From NCBI GenBank assembly GCA_963738895.1, contig CAVTYN010000014.1, positions 147 through 64,146 of the forward strand: DNA of 64,000 nucleotides. Direction: 5' to 3'. The position numbers were made by a program, and so were the translations under genes. The notes under the pieces were generated by a model. The model worked only from the letters and a program-made list of their open reading frames with translations. It was not told the origin of the DNA and ran no database searches. The DNA is from an uncultured Actinomycetota bacterium (lineage in GTDB: Bacteria; Actinomycetota; Thermoleophilia; Gaiellales; Gaiellaceae). This document shows, in pieces, positions 36,057-48,523 of this stretch; within the stretch, counting starts at the first letter, position 1; every line of letters starts with the position of its first letter.

Positions 36057-36744
36057 TTGCGGCTCTCGATCCCCTCTTCCGGCGTCGACCGCGGTGCCCG
36101 ACACCCACTCGTCGAGGCGCCCTCGCTGGGCGCAGGGTGGCTCACCGTCTCGCGGGAGATCCTCGAGCGCGGGGAGATCGCGAGCTACGACGGGCAGGTG
36201 ACCAAGGAGCTCGCGCTGCTGACGCTCGCAGTCGAGCGGCCCGACTCGGCCGACCCGCTGATCGCCGAGCTCGGCGACCCGGACTGGCTCGACTGGATGC
36301 ACCGCAACTTCTTCGACCACGACGACGTGGCCGAGCTCGGGAACGCGAAGAGCTACGCGAGGCGCCTCTACGACTACGGCGGCACCGGCCTCGACCAGGT
36401 CGCCTGGGTGGTCGAGCGCCTCCGTTCGGATCCCGAGGCTCGCTCCGCCACGATCACGACCTTCCAGCCGCTGACCGACACGAGCTACATCCCCTGCGTG
36501 AGCCTGCTCGACTTCTGGCTACGCGACGGTGCGCGTCGAGCTCGTCGTCTACGCCCACTCCCTCGACTTCGGCAAGAAGGCATACGGGAACCTGGTCGAG
36601 CTCACGCGCCTCGCCGAGCACGTCGCCGGCGAGCTCGGCCGCTCCGTCGGACCGCTCGTCGTGCACGCGAAGTCGGCGCACGTCTACGAGCCCGAATGGG
36701 TGCTCATGGCCGAGCTGTGCAGCGCCTCGAGCGCGACCGCCTGA
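36057..36744 (+). pseudogene. Divergent thymidylate-synthase-fold family protein, one frameshift
   Basis: RSATITTFQPLTDTSYIPCVSLLDFWLRDG contains a P-C nucleophile-type motif. After a shift near 36530 the protein reads VRVELVVYAHSLDFGKKAYGNLVELTRL, which is HSLD in place of the RSxD of ThyA. The TTG start at 36057 is uncertain. Confidence 0.55.
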
Positions 36745-37658
36745 CCCATCGCATCCTCACGGCCGAGCAGCAGCTCCGCCTCGCCGCGGATCGCGTCGGA
36801 CACGTTCTCCAGCTCGAGCCGGTAGGAGTCGACGGGCTCGAGCTCGAGCAGCTCGACCTCTCCCTCGCGCCGCACCTCGATCCGGGGCCCCCGGCAGTGC
36901 CACGGGTCGTCGACGAAGAGCGACCCCTCGCTGCCGATCACCTCGAGCTCGTCCGTCTCGGGCAGCGCCGTGCCGCAGTAGAACTGCGCGAGCACGTCGC
37001 CCGGGAAACGCATCATCCCCTCGAACACCCAGTCGGTCCCCGTCTCGCCCACCCAGGCGAGGCCGACGAGGGCGTCGGGCTCGCCGGCGAGGAGGCGCGA
37101 CCCGCTGACGCAGTAGCAGCCGACGTCCATCAGCGCCCCGCCTTCGACCTCGGGCCGCAGACGGATGTTGTCCGGGTCGTACAGCGAGTAGCCGAACGCC
37201 GAGCGGACAGCCGCAGCTCGCCGATCGCGCCCGACTCGACGAGCGAGACGATCCGCCCGGTCTGCGGGTTGTGGCGGTACATGAACGCCTCGGAGAGGAT
37301 CCGCCCCGCCTCGCTCGGCCGCGTCGAACGCCGGCGACGACCTCGTCGGGATGCCGGGAGAGCGGCTTCTCGCAGAGCACGTGCTTCCCCGCCTCGAGCG
37401 CCTTGATCGACCACTCGCAGTGCAGCGTGTTCGGCAGCGAGATGTAGACGGCCTCGATCGCCGGATCGGCGAGCAGCTCCTCGTAGGAGCCGTAGGCGAC
37501 CGGGATCTCCCACTTCGCGCGCGTACGTCGTCCGCACGCGCCCTGGTCGCGGCTCGCGACCGCATGCGAGCTCGACCTTCGGGGAGGCGTGCGCGCCCGG
37601 GAATCAGGAGCCGGTTGATGTGCGCCGTCGAGACGATCCCCCAGCGGACGGGTCTCAT
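36684..37658 (-). pseudogene. Gfo/Idh/MocA-family oxidoreductase, multiply frameshifted
   Basis: The fragments are [107 protein letters not shown] and [31 protein letters not shown]... They lie in three frames, with at least 4 changes. Confidence 0.85.
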
Positions 37659-37682
37659 GGCAGCTCCGTCGAGCCACGCTGC

Positions 37683-38386
37683 TCATCCCCAGCTCATCTC
37701 CGTCATCGGCCGCATCGCCGTCTCGAGGATCCGGAAGTGGCGCGGCCGCTCGAGCACGAACACGACCACCTCGGCCACGTCCCGCCGCCGTCATCATCCC
37801 GGGGAGCACGTCGGGCGTCCGGCCCCGCCCTTCCTCGAGCGCGAAGTCGGTCGCGACCCCGCCCGGGCAGATGTTCGTGCAGCGGATGCCCTGCTCGCGC
37901 AGCTCGTGGTCGAGCGCGCGCGTCAGGCCCGACCTGCCCGAACTTCGAGGCGCAGTACACGGCCTCGTCGGGAAGCCCGCGCCGCCCGGCCTCGGAGGCG
38001 AGCGTGATCACGTCGCCCTCCCGGCCGAGCATGTGCGGAAGCGCTGCGCGGATCGCGTAGATCGTCCCCTTCAGGTTCACGTCGATCATCTCGTCGAGGT
38101 GCTCCATCGACAGCTCCAGGAACGGCCCGTACGAGCCGACACCCGCATTCGCGACGACGATGTCGATTCCGCCGAACGTCTCCGCGGTCCGATCGCACAA
38201 CGCCGCGAGCTCCTCGAGCGAACGGACGTCGCAGCGCGCCGCCACCGCACCGTCGAGGCCCAGGTCGTCCCCGTTCCGCGACGCGAGCCCGACGTTCACG
38301 CCGCGCGCATGCAGCATCCTCGCCACCTCTGCGCCGATCCCGCGGCTCGCCCCGGTGATCACCGCCGTCTTCCCCTCCAGGCTCAT
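37683..38386 (-). pseudogene. SDR-family oxidoreductase, 2 frameshifts
   Basis: The ATG at 38386 follows GGGGAGGG and gives [37 protein letters not shown]. After a shift near 37925 the protein reads [35 protein letters not shown]. After a shift near 37775 it ends [22 protein letters not shown]. Confidence 0.85.
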
Positions 38387-38439
38387 GCACCCTCCCCTCG
38401 ATCGAATCGGCGACCGAGGATACGCAGTAAGCTCGCCAC

Positions 38440-40175
<1,736 letters not shown>

Positions 40176-40186
40176 GGTCGCGGAGG

Positions 40187-41573
40187 TTAGCTGCGGAGCC
40201 TCGGATAGAGGCCGCGGAAGCGCTCGTATCCCTCGTCGTAGGCGGCGAGCCCAGCCCGGCTCCGGGTCGATCCGGCCCCGGACGCGGACGCAGCGCGCGA
40301 CGGCCTCGCCCGCGTCGGCGAACACGCCCTCGCGCACGCCGGCGAGCAGCGCCGCGCCGAAGGCGGCGCCGGCATCGGACTCGGTCCGCTCGAGCGGCAG
40401 GCCGAGCACGGACGCGACGATCCGCAGCCAGAGGTCGCTCCGCGCGCCGCCGCCGGAGACACGCCCGACCGTCGGCTCGCACGCCGAGCCCGCGCAGCAG
40501 CTCGAGCGAGTCGCGCAGGCCGTAGGCGACGCCCTCGAGCACGGCCCGCGCGAGGGCGCCGCGGTCGTGGCGGAGCGAGAGCCCGGTGAACGCGCCGCGC
40601 ACGTCGGGATCCGCGTGCGGCGTCCGCTCGCCCTGCAGGTACGGGGCGAAGAGCAGGCCCTCGGCCCCCGGCTCCCAGCGCGCCGCCTCCTCGTCGAGCG
40701 TCCCGTAGGCGAGCGCCGAGCGACCTGCCGGAGCCACGCGAACGACCCGGCGGCCGACAGCATCACGCCCATCGCGTGCCACGTCCCCGGCACGGCGTGG
40801 CAGAAGACGTGGACGCGTGCCTCGGGGTCGGGCGCGTAGCCGGGCAGCACCGCGAAGACGACACCCGAGGTCCCGAGCACCACCGAGACGGGCCCCGGCT
40901 CGACGATGCCCACCCCGAGCGCGCCCGCCGCCTGGTCGCCGGCGCCGGCGATCTCGGTCGACTCGTAGGCCGGCGGCAGCCATTCGAGCCGGGATCTCGA
41001 GCGCCTCGCAGACCTCCTCCGACCAGCGCCGCCCGCCGACGTCGAAGAGGAGCGTTCCCGACGCGTCGGCGACGTCGATCGCGTGCTCGCCGGTCAGCCG
41101 CAGGCGGACGTAGTCCTTCGGGAGCAGGATCCGCCGGATCCGCCCGTAGGTCTCCGGCTCGTGGCGCGCGAGCCACAGCAGCTTCGGCGCCGTGAAGCCG
41201 GTGAGCGCCCGGTTCCCGGTCAGCTCGATCAGCCGGTCGAGCCCGATACGCCGCTCGATCTCGGCGCACTCCGCGCCGGTGCGCTGGTCGTTCCAGAGGA
41301 TCGCAGGCCGCAGGACCCGGTCGCCGTCGCCGAGCGCGACGAGCCCGTGCATCTGGCCGCTGAAGCCCGACCGGCCCCTCGGGCAAGCGGGCGAGCGCGG
41401 CCTGCGCGGCGCGCCACCAGTCCTCCGGGATCCTGCTCGGCCCAGCCGGGCCGCGGCGTCGAGAGCGGGTAGCCCTCCTCCGCCGTCGCCGACGAGCTCG
41501 CCGTCGGGGGAGATGCGCGATCGCCCTTGACGCCGCTCGTCCCGACGTCGAGGCCGATCAGGGCATCGGTCAT
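40187..41573 (-). pseudogene. xylB: Xylulokinase (FGGY family), multiply frameshifted
   Basis: The N-terminus is MTDALIGLDVGTSGVKG. Later fragments are [100 protein letters not shown] and ..[17 protein letters not shown]. At least 5 frame changes. Confidence 0.88.
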
Positions 41574-41931
41574 CCGTCGATCCGCACGAGCTCGACCAGG
41601 TTCCCGAACGGGTCGTGGCAGATGAAGCGCGGGCGGCCGAGGAGCGGCGTCGCGTCGCGGGTCGCGAGCGCCCGCCGCCTCGAGTCGGGCGCGCAGCTCG
41701 TCGAGGTCGTCCTCGACGGCCAGGCAGAAGTGCGGCTCGCTCGGGCGGCGGCTCGTCGACGAGCATCAGGTGCAGCTCGAGGTCGCCGCCGGCCCGGTAC
41801 CAGACGAACGCGTCGGGATCGAGGGCCGGGAGCACGTCCCGCTCCTCGAGGCCGAGCAGGTCGCCGTAGAACGCACGCGCTCGCTCCGCCACCTCCCGCG
41901 GGATCGCGATCGAGACGTGATGCAGCCTCAC
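41570..41931 (-). pseudogene. VOC/glyoxalase-family protein, frameshifted
   Basis: The GTG at 41931 gives MRLHHVSIAIPREVAERARAFYGDLLGLEE...LELHLMLVDEPP. After shift(s) the protein ends ..GRPRFICHDPFGNLVELVRIDG*. The stop overlaps the xylB ATG (ATGA at 41570-41573). Confidence 0.8.
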
Positions 41932-41934
41932 GCG

Positions 41935-42946
41935 CTACTCGTCTGTTGCGCCGAGCGCTGCGTACACGAGCTCGTAGGCGCGGACGGCGTCCTTGGCCGC
42001 CTGCGCCTCGCGGAGCGCGGCCTCGTCGATCTTCGCCGCCACCGAGTCGATGAACCGCCACTGCAGCACCGACCGGCGGACCGCGCCGACCTGGTCCTCG
42101 GTGTACGGGTAGAGGTCGAAGCCGAGCCGCTCGCCGTTCGTCGCCGTAACCGGCGCGGCGCAGCTCGAGCGCGAGCTCGAGCGTCTCCATGAACGCGGTC
42201 GCGCCGACCATGTTGTCGTCGTCGAAGGTGCCCCAGCCGGAGTTCGCGTGCTGGTGCCCGAGCAGCCCCTCGGCCGCGAGCAGCGCCGCGTACTCGCCGA
42301 GGTTCTCGCCGTTCATGATCAGGTGCTGCCAGTCCATGTTGACCTTGACGTTGTCGAGGCCCTGCCGGCGCAGCGTGTGGATCACGTGCAGCGTCATCCC
42401 GATGTTGCGCATGAAGATCTTCATCGCCGGCTCGGAGTTCTTGTGCTCGAGGAAGATCGTGACGCCGCGCTCCTTGCGCGCGCTGCGCCGCCTGCCCGAC
42501 GCCGTCGATGAACCGCGCCCACGAGTCCTCGTACGGCGGTCTGGAACGGGTAGTTGTAGCCCTCGATCCCGGGCCAGATGATGAAGTGCGCGCCGAGCTC
42601 CGCCGCGAAGTCGACCGCCGTCGAGCGTGCGCCTGATCGCCTCGTCGCGCACCTTGTCGTCGGGCGAGCTGAGCCCGCCCTTCCCGAACAGCGGGTCGAG
42701 GTGCATGCCGCTCGCGACGCAGTAGATGTCGTGGCCGTCGAGCGCGTCGCGCACCGCGTCGAGGTTGTCCGGCGAGAGCTCGTTCGGGTAGTGGAACTCG
42801 TACCCGTCCATCAGGTCGCCGAGGCCCTCGACGGCGCGACGGACCTTCGCCTCCATCGGCTCGCCGATCCACTGCGGCTGGTAGCCACCGGGCACGAACC
42901 GCGTCGTCATCGGCCCGAGGGCCCAGATACCCAAGCTGGTTTTCAT
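41935..42946 (-). pseudogene. Xylose-isomerase-like TIM-barrel sugar isomerase, multiply frameshifted
   Basis: The ATG at 42946 gives MKTSLGIWALGPMTTRFVPGGY..YEFHYPNEL. Later fragments are GVTIFLEHKNSEPAMKIFM..VNMDWQHLIMNGENLGEY..HQHANSGWGTFDDDNMVG. The C-terminus GERLGFDLYPYTEDQ..VRAYELVYAALGATDE* is my own translation (TAG at 41935-41937). At ~337 aa it is shorter than class I XylA. Confidence 0.65.
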
Positions 42947-43090
42947 TGACTCAGTCTCGTTTTCATCGCTCCTCACTCTCTCGGGTTCCGCGTCCGCGCC
43001 TCAACCGAGACTCGGATGCTGCGCAGGGTCTTCATCACGTCGTCGCCCCCCGCTCAGATGCGCCATGCTACGGGAGGCGTCCCCAATGGA

Positions 43091-43112
43091 GCCGTGGCCG
43101 CCGGGCCACGGC
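43091..43112 (-). terminator. Stem-loop just downstream of the ABC ATPase gene
   Basis: GCCGTGGCC (43091-43099) and GGCCACGGC (43104-43112) form a 9-bp perfect stem with a 4-nt loop, 11 nt past the stop at 43123. Confidence 0.45.
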
Positions 43113-43122
43113 GGCCGCGGCT

Positions 43123-43941
43123 TCAGGCTCCCTCGTTCGGGGTCTCCTGGAGCTGACTGCGGAAGCTGGAGACCATCAGCTCGGTCAGCTCCTCGAGCGA
43201 CGTCTCGTGCACCGCCTGGTCCCTCGTGATGCGACCGCTCTGCATGACGTTGATGCGGTCGCAGAGCTCGAATAGGTGGGCGTAGTTGTGGTCGATCACG
43301 ATGATCGACACCCGGCCGCTCGCGGCGAGATCCTTGACGAGGTTGATGATGAGACGCGACTCACGCGCGCCCATGGCGGCGAGCGGCTCGTCGAGCAGCA
43401 GAATCTTCGGCGCCGCCCGTACGGCTCTCGCGACTGCGACCGCCTGCCGCTGGCCGCCGGAGAGCTGCTCGGTCTCGGCCTCGATGCTCGGCACGCGCAC
43501 GCGGATGTCGTCGAGGTACTGCCGGGCGAGCTTTCGCATCTCTCGCTTGTCGAGGAAACGGACCGGGCCCAACCTCGTCACCTCGTGGCCGAGGAACAGG
43601 TTCAGATAGACCGGGAGTTGCGGGATCAGTGCCAGGTCCTGGTAGACGGTCTCGATCCCGTGGCCGCGGGCGTCCTCGACCGAGTGAAAGCGGACGCGCT
43701 CGCCGCCCACCAGCACGTCGCCCCCGTCCTGCTGGTGGAACCCGCTCAGGATCTTGACGAGTGTGCTCTTGCCTGCGCCGTTGTCGCCCACGAGACCGAG
43801 CACCTCGCCCTGGCGCAGGACGAGGTCGATGCCGCGGAGCACGACGACCGCGCCGAAGCGCTTCGTCACGCCGCGGACCTCCAACGCGATCTCACGTGAG
43901 TCGGCAGCAGGCGGCGTCGGCTCCGCCGATTGCGCGCTCAT
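43123..43941 (-). CDS. Sugar ABC transporter ATP-binding protein (single NBD)
   Basis: I prefer the internal ATG at 43941 (MSAQSAEP..). It has Walker [10 protein letters not shown], signature LSGGQRQAVAVARA and Walker B ILLLDEP. Intact. Confidence 0.9.
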   Translation of the reverse strand: MSAQSAEPTPPAADSREIALEVRGVTKRFGAVVVLRGIDLVLRQGEVLGLVGDNGAGKSTLVKILSGFHQQDGGDVLVGGERVRFHSVEDARGHGIETVYQDLALIPQLPVYLNLFLGHEVTRLGPVRFLDKREMRKLARQYLDDIRVRVPSIEAETEQLSGGQRQAVAVARAVRAAPKILLLDEPLAAMGARESRLIINLVKDLAASGRVSIIVIDHNYAHLFELCDRINVMQSGRITRDQAVHETSLEELTELMVSSFRSQLQETPNEGA

Positions 43942-44044
43942 GCCGAACCGTCCCGCTCCGGGGTCGGACAAGCCGGCGCCTCCGTCCGCGCGCATGCGAC
44001 CCGACGAGCCGCGGCATTGCTGGAGCCGCCGACAAGCCTACGGC

Positions 44045-45097
44045 TCATGCCGCCCTCGAGCGGGCGATGAGCCGGTCGAACTGCACGTTGAGCGCCATCG
44101 CGAAGATGATTACGACGCCGACCCACACGAAGAATTCGTTCGTGCTGACCCCGATCAGCGTCAGCCCGGCCTGGAGGATGCCGATCAGGATGGCGCCGAT
44201 GAAGGCGCCGATGACCGTCCCGCGCCCTCCTGTGAGCGCGGTGCCGCCGATCACGCAGGCACCGACGGCGTACAGGATGTAGTCGACGCCGAAGTTGCCC
44301 GGGTTGAGGGTCCCGTACTTGCCCGCGTCGACGATCCCGACGAGGCCGGCGAAGAAGGAGCAGAGCACGAAGCACCACACCTTCACGCGCCGGACCGGCA
44401 CGCCCGCCTCCGACGCCCCGACCAGGTTCCCTCCCGTGGCGACGATCCTGACACCGAAACGCGTGCGCGTGAGCATCAGGTGCGCGACCACCGTGATCGC
44501 CAGCACCCAGAGGATCTCCGACCAGATCCAGACTCCCATGAGCTGGCTCCAGAAGCCCGTCCCGTCCGACAGCGGGACCGGCGATGCCTGCGTCTCATCC
44601 GAGTAGATGAGCACGAGCCCGAAGAGGATGAAGTTCGTCGCGAGCGTCGTGACGAAGGACGGCACGTTCAGGCGCACGGTGATCAACCCGTTGACCGCCC
44701 CGACACCGCAGCACACAACGAGCGCGATCAGGATCGACAGCCCGACCGGCACTCCGAGATTGTGGAACCAGTACTCGACCCAGGCCCCGAACAGGAACAC
44801 CTGACCGGCCGACAGGTCGATCTCCCCGAGCGTGAGCAGCAGCACCTCGCCGACCGCGATCCCTGCGATCGGCCCCGCGTAGCCGGCGGCCGAGCTGAGG
44901 CTGAGCTCTGAGGTGAACGACGACCCCGCCCTGATCGTGAAGTACACGAACAGGCCCGCCGTGATCAGGAGCGGCGTCAGCTCGCGCTGGTAGAGGAAGA
45001 GCCGTACGACCCGGCGCGCCAGCGACGAGGATTGATGCCGTTGCCCCGGCGGCTCGGCCGCCGGGGCAACGGCAGGTGCTGGAGCACCCGAGTGCAC
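44045..45097 (-). CDS. Sugar ABC transporter permease (RbsC/XylH-type, BPD_transp_2)
   Basis: I chose the GTG at 45097, just after the SBP stop. About 10 TM segments, with TRTRFGVRIVATGGNLVGASEAGVPV. Intact. Confidence 0.88.
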   Translation of the reverse strand: MHSGAPAPAVAPAAEPPGQRHQSSSLARRVVRLFLYQRELTPLLITAGLFVYFTIRAGSSFTSELSLSSAAGYAGPIAGIAVGEVLLLTLGEIDLSAGQVFLFGAWVEYWFHNLGVPVGLSILIALVVCCGVGAVNGLITVRLNVPSFVTTLATNFILFGLVLIYSDETQASPVPLSDGTGFWSQLMGVWIWSEILWVLAITVVAHLMLTRTRFGVRIVATGGNLVGASEAGVPVRRVKVWCFVLCSFFAGLVGIVDAGKYGTLNPGNFGVDYILYAVGACVIGGTALTGGRGTVIGAFIGAILIGILQAGLTLIGVSTNEFFVWVGVVIIFAMALNVQFDRLIARSRAA

Positions 45098-45108
45098 GCC
45101 TGTGAAAC

Positions 45109-46233
45109 CTAGTGCGGGACCGAGGACGGCGGCTTGAGTGTCTGCTGCTTCGAACTCGTTCCCGAGAACCTGTTCTTCGCGAGGTACGGACCGACGTTCG
45201 ACTGCACGACGATGCCGAGCCCGGTGTCGGTGTTGGTCGGCTTCATCAGCCCGCCGGAGACGTTGTAGAGGAACAGCTGCATGAGCGTGTCGAACCCCTG
45301 CAGGTAGGCCTGCTGGTCGATCGTGAACGTCAGGTTGCCGTCCTTGATGCCCTGCACGACAGGAGTCCCGACGTCCCACCCCGCGCCACCGACCTTCCCC
45401 TTCAGGTTGTTCTTCTGGATGAACTGCGCGATCGCGTCGCTGTCACCGCTATCCACGCCGAACATGAACTTCACGTCCTTGTTGCCGGCGTACCAGGAAG
45501 CGATCTTGTTGTATTCCGGCGCTCCCTGGGTCGCGGACGTCCCGACCTCGACGAAGTTGATCCCGGCCTTGGTCAGGACCGGCTTCGCGCCGTCGATCCG
45601 CGGCTGGATGTTCCCGGTTCCCGGAGTCGCGATGACCCCGGCGACCTTGTCGCCCTTCTTGATCCCGAGCCTGAGGATCTGGTTGCCGACCGCCGCTCCC
45701 GCGGTCAGGTTGTTCTGGCCGACGTAGGCCATCCGGTTGTTGGGGACGCCGGCAGAGACGTCGGCGTTGTAGGCGATCACGGGGATGCCGGCGCCGAGCG
45801 CACTGTCGGTGGGCTTGTTGAACGCCGTGTTGTCGACCAGGCAAACTCCGATCCCGTTCGCCTTGCCGGCAATCGCGGAATTCATCGCCGAGACCATCTC
45901 GCTGACGATCGCGCTCGTCGAGCCGGTCCACTGGTACGAGCAACCGGTGATCGCACAAGCGTCCTGGAGCCCGTAGATGGTCGCCGTGAAGAACGAGTTC
46001 GTCGTCACGTGGTTGACCATCACGAACTTGTACTTCGGGTGGCTCGCGAAGAAGGCGGTGTCGCTGTTTTCGCGCGTCAGCCTGGCCGCGTTAGCGCCCT
46101 CCGCGCCCAGCAACCCGGCAAGCCCGGCATAAGCCGAACCGGCCGCGGCCGCCCCACCGGCGTACCTGAGGAAGCGCCGCCGCGAGAACTCCCACTGCTC
46201 CTTGCCGACGTCGTCGTGCCCGTCTGCTGCCAT
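45109..46233 (-). CDS. Sugar ABC transporter substrate-binding protein (Peripla_BP_4-like) with a Tat-type signal
   Basis: The ATG at 46233 follows GAAGGAGGAGAG. The twin-arginine signal is FSRRRFLRYAGGAAAAG. Intact. Confidence 0.88.
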   Translation of the reverse strand: MAADGHDDVGKEQWEFSRRRFLRYAGGAAAAGSAYAGLAGLLGAEGANAARLTRENSDTAFFASHPKYKFVMVNHVTTNSFFTATIYGLQDACAITGCSYQWTGSTSAIVSEMVSAMNSAIAGKANGIGVCLVDNTAFNKPTDSALGAGIPVIAYNADVSAGVPNNRMAYVGQNNLTAGAAVGNQILRLGIKKGDKVAGVIATPGTGNIQPRIDGAKPVLTKAGINFVEVGTSATQGAPEYNKIASWYAGNKDVKFMFGVDSGDSDAIAQFIQKNNLKGKVGGAGWDVGTPVVQGIKDGNLTFTIDQQAYLQGFDTLMQLFLYNVSGGLMKPTNTDTGLGIVVQSNVGPYLAKNRFSGTSSKQQTLKPPSSVPH

Positions 46234-46350
46234 CTCTCCTCCTTCTCTCACTTGATTCTCGGTCCCGATCGAACCAGCGTGCTGTCCCCGGAGAGACGGC
46301 GTCTCGGTCGGCACTTTCTAGATCACCAGTTCGACGTTCGTATATAACAG

Positions 46351-47463
46351 GTGTCGATAGATTTCACAAGCACCATCCGCGAAGCTCCGCTCATCCTGGT
46401 CCCCCGGCCGCGTTAACCTCATCGGGGAGCACACGGATTACTCCGGCGGGCTTGTCCTGCCGGTCGCCATCGAGCGCGGCGTGACGGTGCGTTGGCAGCC
46501 GGATGCGCACGCCATCAGGCTGCGGTCGGCCGCGTTTCCGGAGGCTCCGGTGGAGCTTGCGCTCGACGGGACATCGGCATCCGGCCAAGCCGGCTGGGGG
46601 CGCTTCGCGGCCGCCGTCAGTGCACTGCTCGCCGAACGGGGCCGGCCGGCGGTCGGGCTCGACGCGAGCGTGTCATCGACGTTGCCGATCGGCGCCGGGC
46701 TGTCGTCCTCGGCGGCGCTGACGGTCGGGTCGGGCTCGCCCTCTACCGGGCCTAGGAGTTCGAGCTCTCGCGATTCGAGCTTGCGCACGTGGCGCGCGAA
46801 GCGGAGTTCCGGGCGGTCGGCGTGCCCGTCGGCCTCATGGACCCGGCGGTGTGCCTGCTCGCTCGTCGCGGCAACGCGCTCTTGCTCGACTGTGCCACCG
46901 AGGAGTACCGGCTCGTCCCTCTGCCCGAGGACCTCGCCGTCGTCGTCCTCGACTCGGGTGTCCGCCACGAGCTCGAGCATTCCGGCTACGCGACGCGCCG
47001 CGCCGAGCTCGAGCGCGCGCTCCCGGTCCTCGCAGGGGCACGCCCGGCGCAGGTCACGGTGGAGGAGGCGGAGGCTGCCGCACGGGCGGCAGGCGTCGAC
47101 GAGATCGCGCTCTGCAGGCTGCGCCACGTCGTCTCCGAGAACGAGCGCGTGAGGGCGTGCGTGCGCCTGCTCGAGTCTCCGGATGGGCCGGACCGAAGCG
47201 CGCTCGGCTCGCTGGACGGGCACGCGAGCCTTCGCGACGACTACGAGGTCTCCACCCCCGAGCTCGACCTGCTCGACGAGCTTGCCTACGACCACGGCGC
47301 GGTCGCCGCGCGCATGACGGGCGGCGGCTTCGGCGGGTCCGTGATCGCGCTTGAGGACGGCGAGGCGAAGGCCTTCTCGGCGGGGGTGACGAACGCGTAC
47401 GTCGCGCGGAGCGGCCGCGACGGAAGAGGCTATGTCTGCGAGACGGCCGAGGCCGCCGGGTAG
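46351..47463 (+). pseudogene. galK: Galactokinase (GHMP kinase), frameshifted
   Basis: The GTG at 46351 gives VSIDFTSTIREAPLILVP. After a shift near 46405 the protein reads GRVNLIGEHTDYSGGLVLPVAIE..LPIGAGLSSSAAL. After shift(s) at ~46745-46790 it reads AEFRAVGVPVGLMD..LLLDC..RMTGGGFGGSVIAL. Confidence 0.88.
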
Positions 47464-47467
47464 GCGT

Positions 47468-48448
47468 TCACCAGCGTTGGTGCACCTGTGGAGCGATGTG
47501 CTGCCGATAGACCTCCGCGATCGCCTCATGCGTCGCCGACGGCAGCGGGGACAGCTCGGCCGCGCCGGCGTTCGCGCGTACCTGCTCGGCAGTCTTCGCA
47601 CCCGGGATCGTCGTCGAGACAGCGTCGAAGTCGAGGATCCAGCGGAGGGCGAGCTGCGCGAGCGTGGCCTCGTCGGGCACCAGTGGACGGAGCTCCTCCA
47701 CCGCCTCGAGCCCGGTATCGAAGTCCACGCCCGAGAACGTCTCGCCTACGTCGAAGCTCTCGCCGTGGCGGTTGTAGGCCCGGTGGTCGTCGTCGGCGAA
47801 GCGGGCGCCGCGCCCGAACTTCCCCGTGAGCAGGCCGGATGCGAGTGGGACGCGTGCGATCACGCCCACGTCACGCTCCGCCGCCTCCCGGAGGAACAGC
47901 TCGGCCGGTCGCTGCCGGAACATGTTGAAGATGATCTGGACCGTCGCGACGCCCGGGTACTCGATCGCCTTCAGGGCCTCCTCCACCTTTTCGACGCTGA
48001 CGCCGTACGCGCGGACGAAGCCCTCGTCCACGAGTCGGTCGCAGGCGTCGAACACCGACGGCGTGTAGTACGTCTCCCACGGAAGGCAGTGGAGCTGCAC
48101 GAGGTCCACGGTCTCGACGCCGAGGTTCTCGCGCGACCGCTCGATCCAGCTGCGGAAGTTCTCGTATGTGTAGAGGGAGAGGTCGAGCGGCACACGGCGC
48201 CCGAACTTCGTCGCGACCACGAGCGCATCGGACCGCTCGCGCAGGAGCCGCCCGACGAGGCGCTCGGAGCGGCCGTCGCCATACACGTCGGCAGTGTCGA
48301 CGAAGGTCATGCCCGCGTCGACGGCGGCGTTCAGCGCCGCCAGCGACGTGCGATCGTCGACCGCGCCCCAGTCGGCGCCGATGCCCCATGCTCCGAAGCC
48401 GACCTCGGAGACCTGGTATCCCGTCTTTCCCAGCCTTCTCGTCTTCAT
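47468..48448 (-). CDS. Aldo/keto reductase
   Basis: Intact 326-aa ORF reading RRLGKTGYQVSEVGFGAWGIG..FVDTADVYGDGRSE..DLVQLH. Confidence 0.92.
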   Translation of the reverse strand: MKTRRLGKTGYQVSEVGFGAWGIGADWGAVDDRTSLAALNAAVDAGMTFVDTADVYGDGRSERLVGRLLRERSDALVVATKFGRRVPLDLSLYTYENFRSWIERSRENLGVETVDLVQLHCLPWETYYTPSVFDACDRLVDEGFVRAYGVSVEKVEEALKAIEYPGVATVQIIFNMFRQRPAELFLREAAERDVGVIARVPLASGLLTGKFGRGARFADDDHRAYNRHGESFDVGETFSGVDFDTGLEAVEELRPLVPDEATLAQLALRWILDFDAVSTTIPGAKTAEQVRANAGAAELSPLPSATHEAIAEVYRQHIAPQVHQRW

Positions 48449-48523
48449 CGGGGTTCTCGTGCGCGCTTGTCAGACCTTTCCATTATTGTCGTAGGCGACG
48501 ATACTACGCTCGATTCCGAAGCC

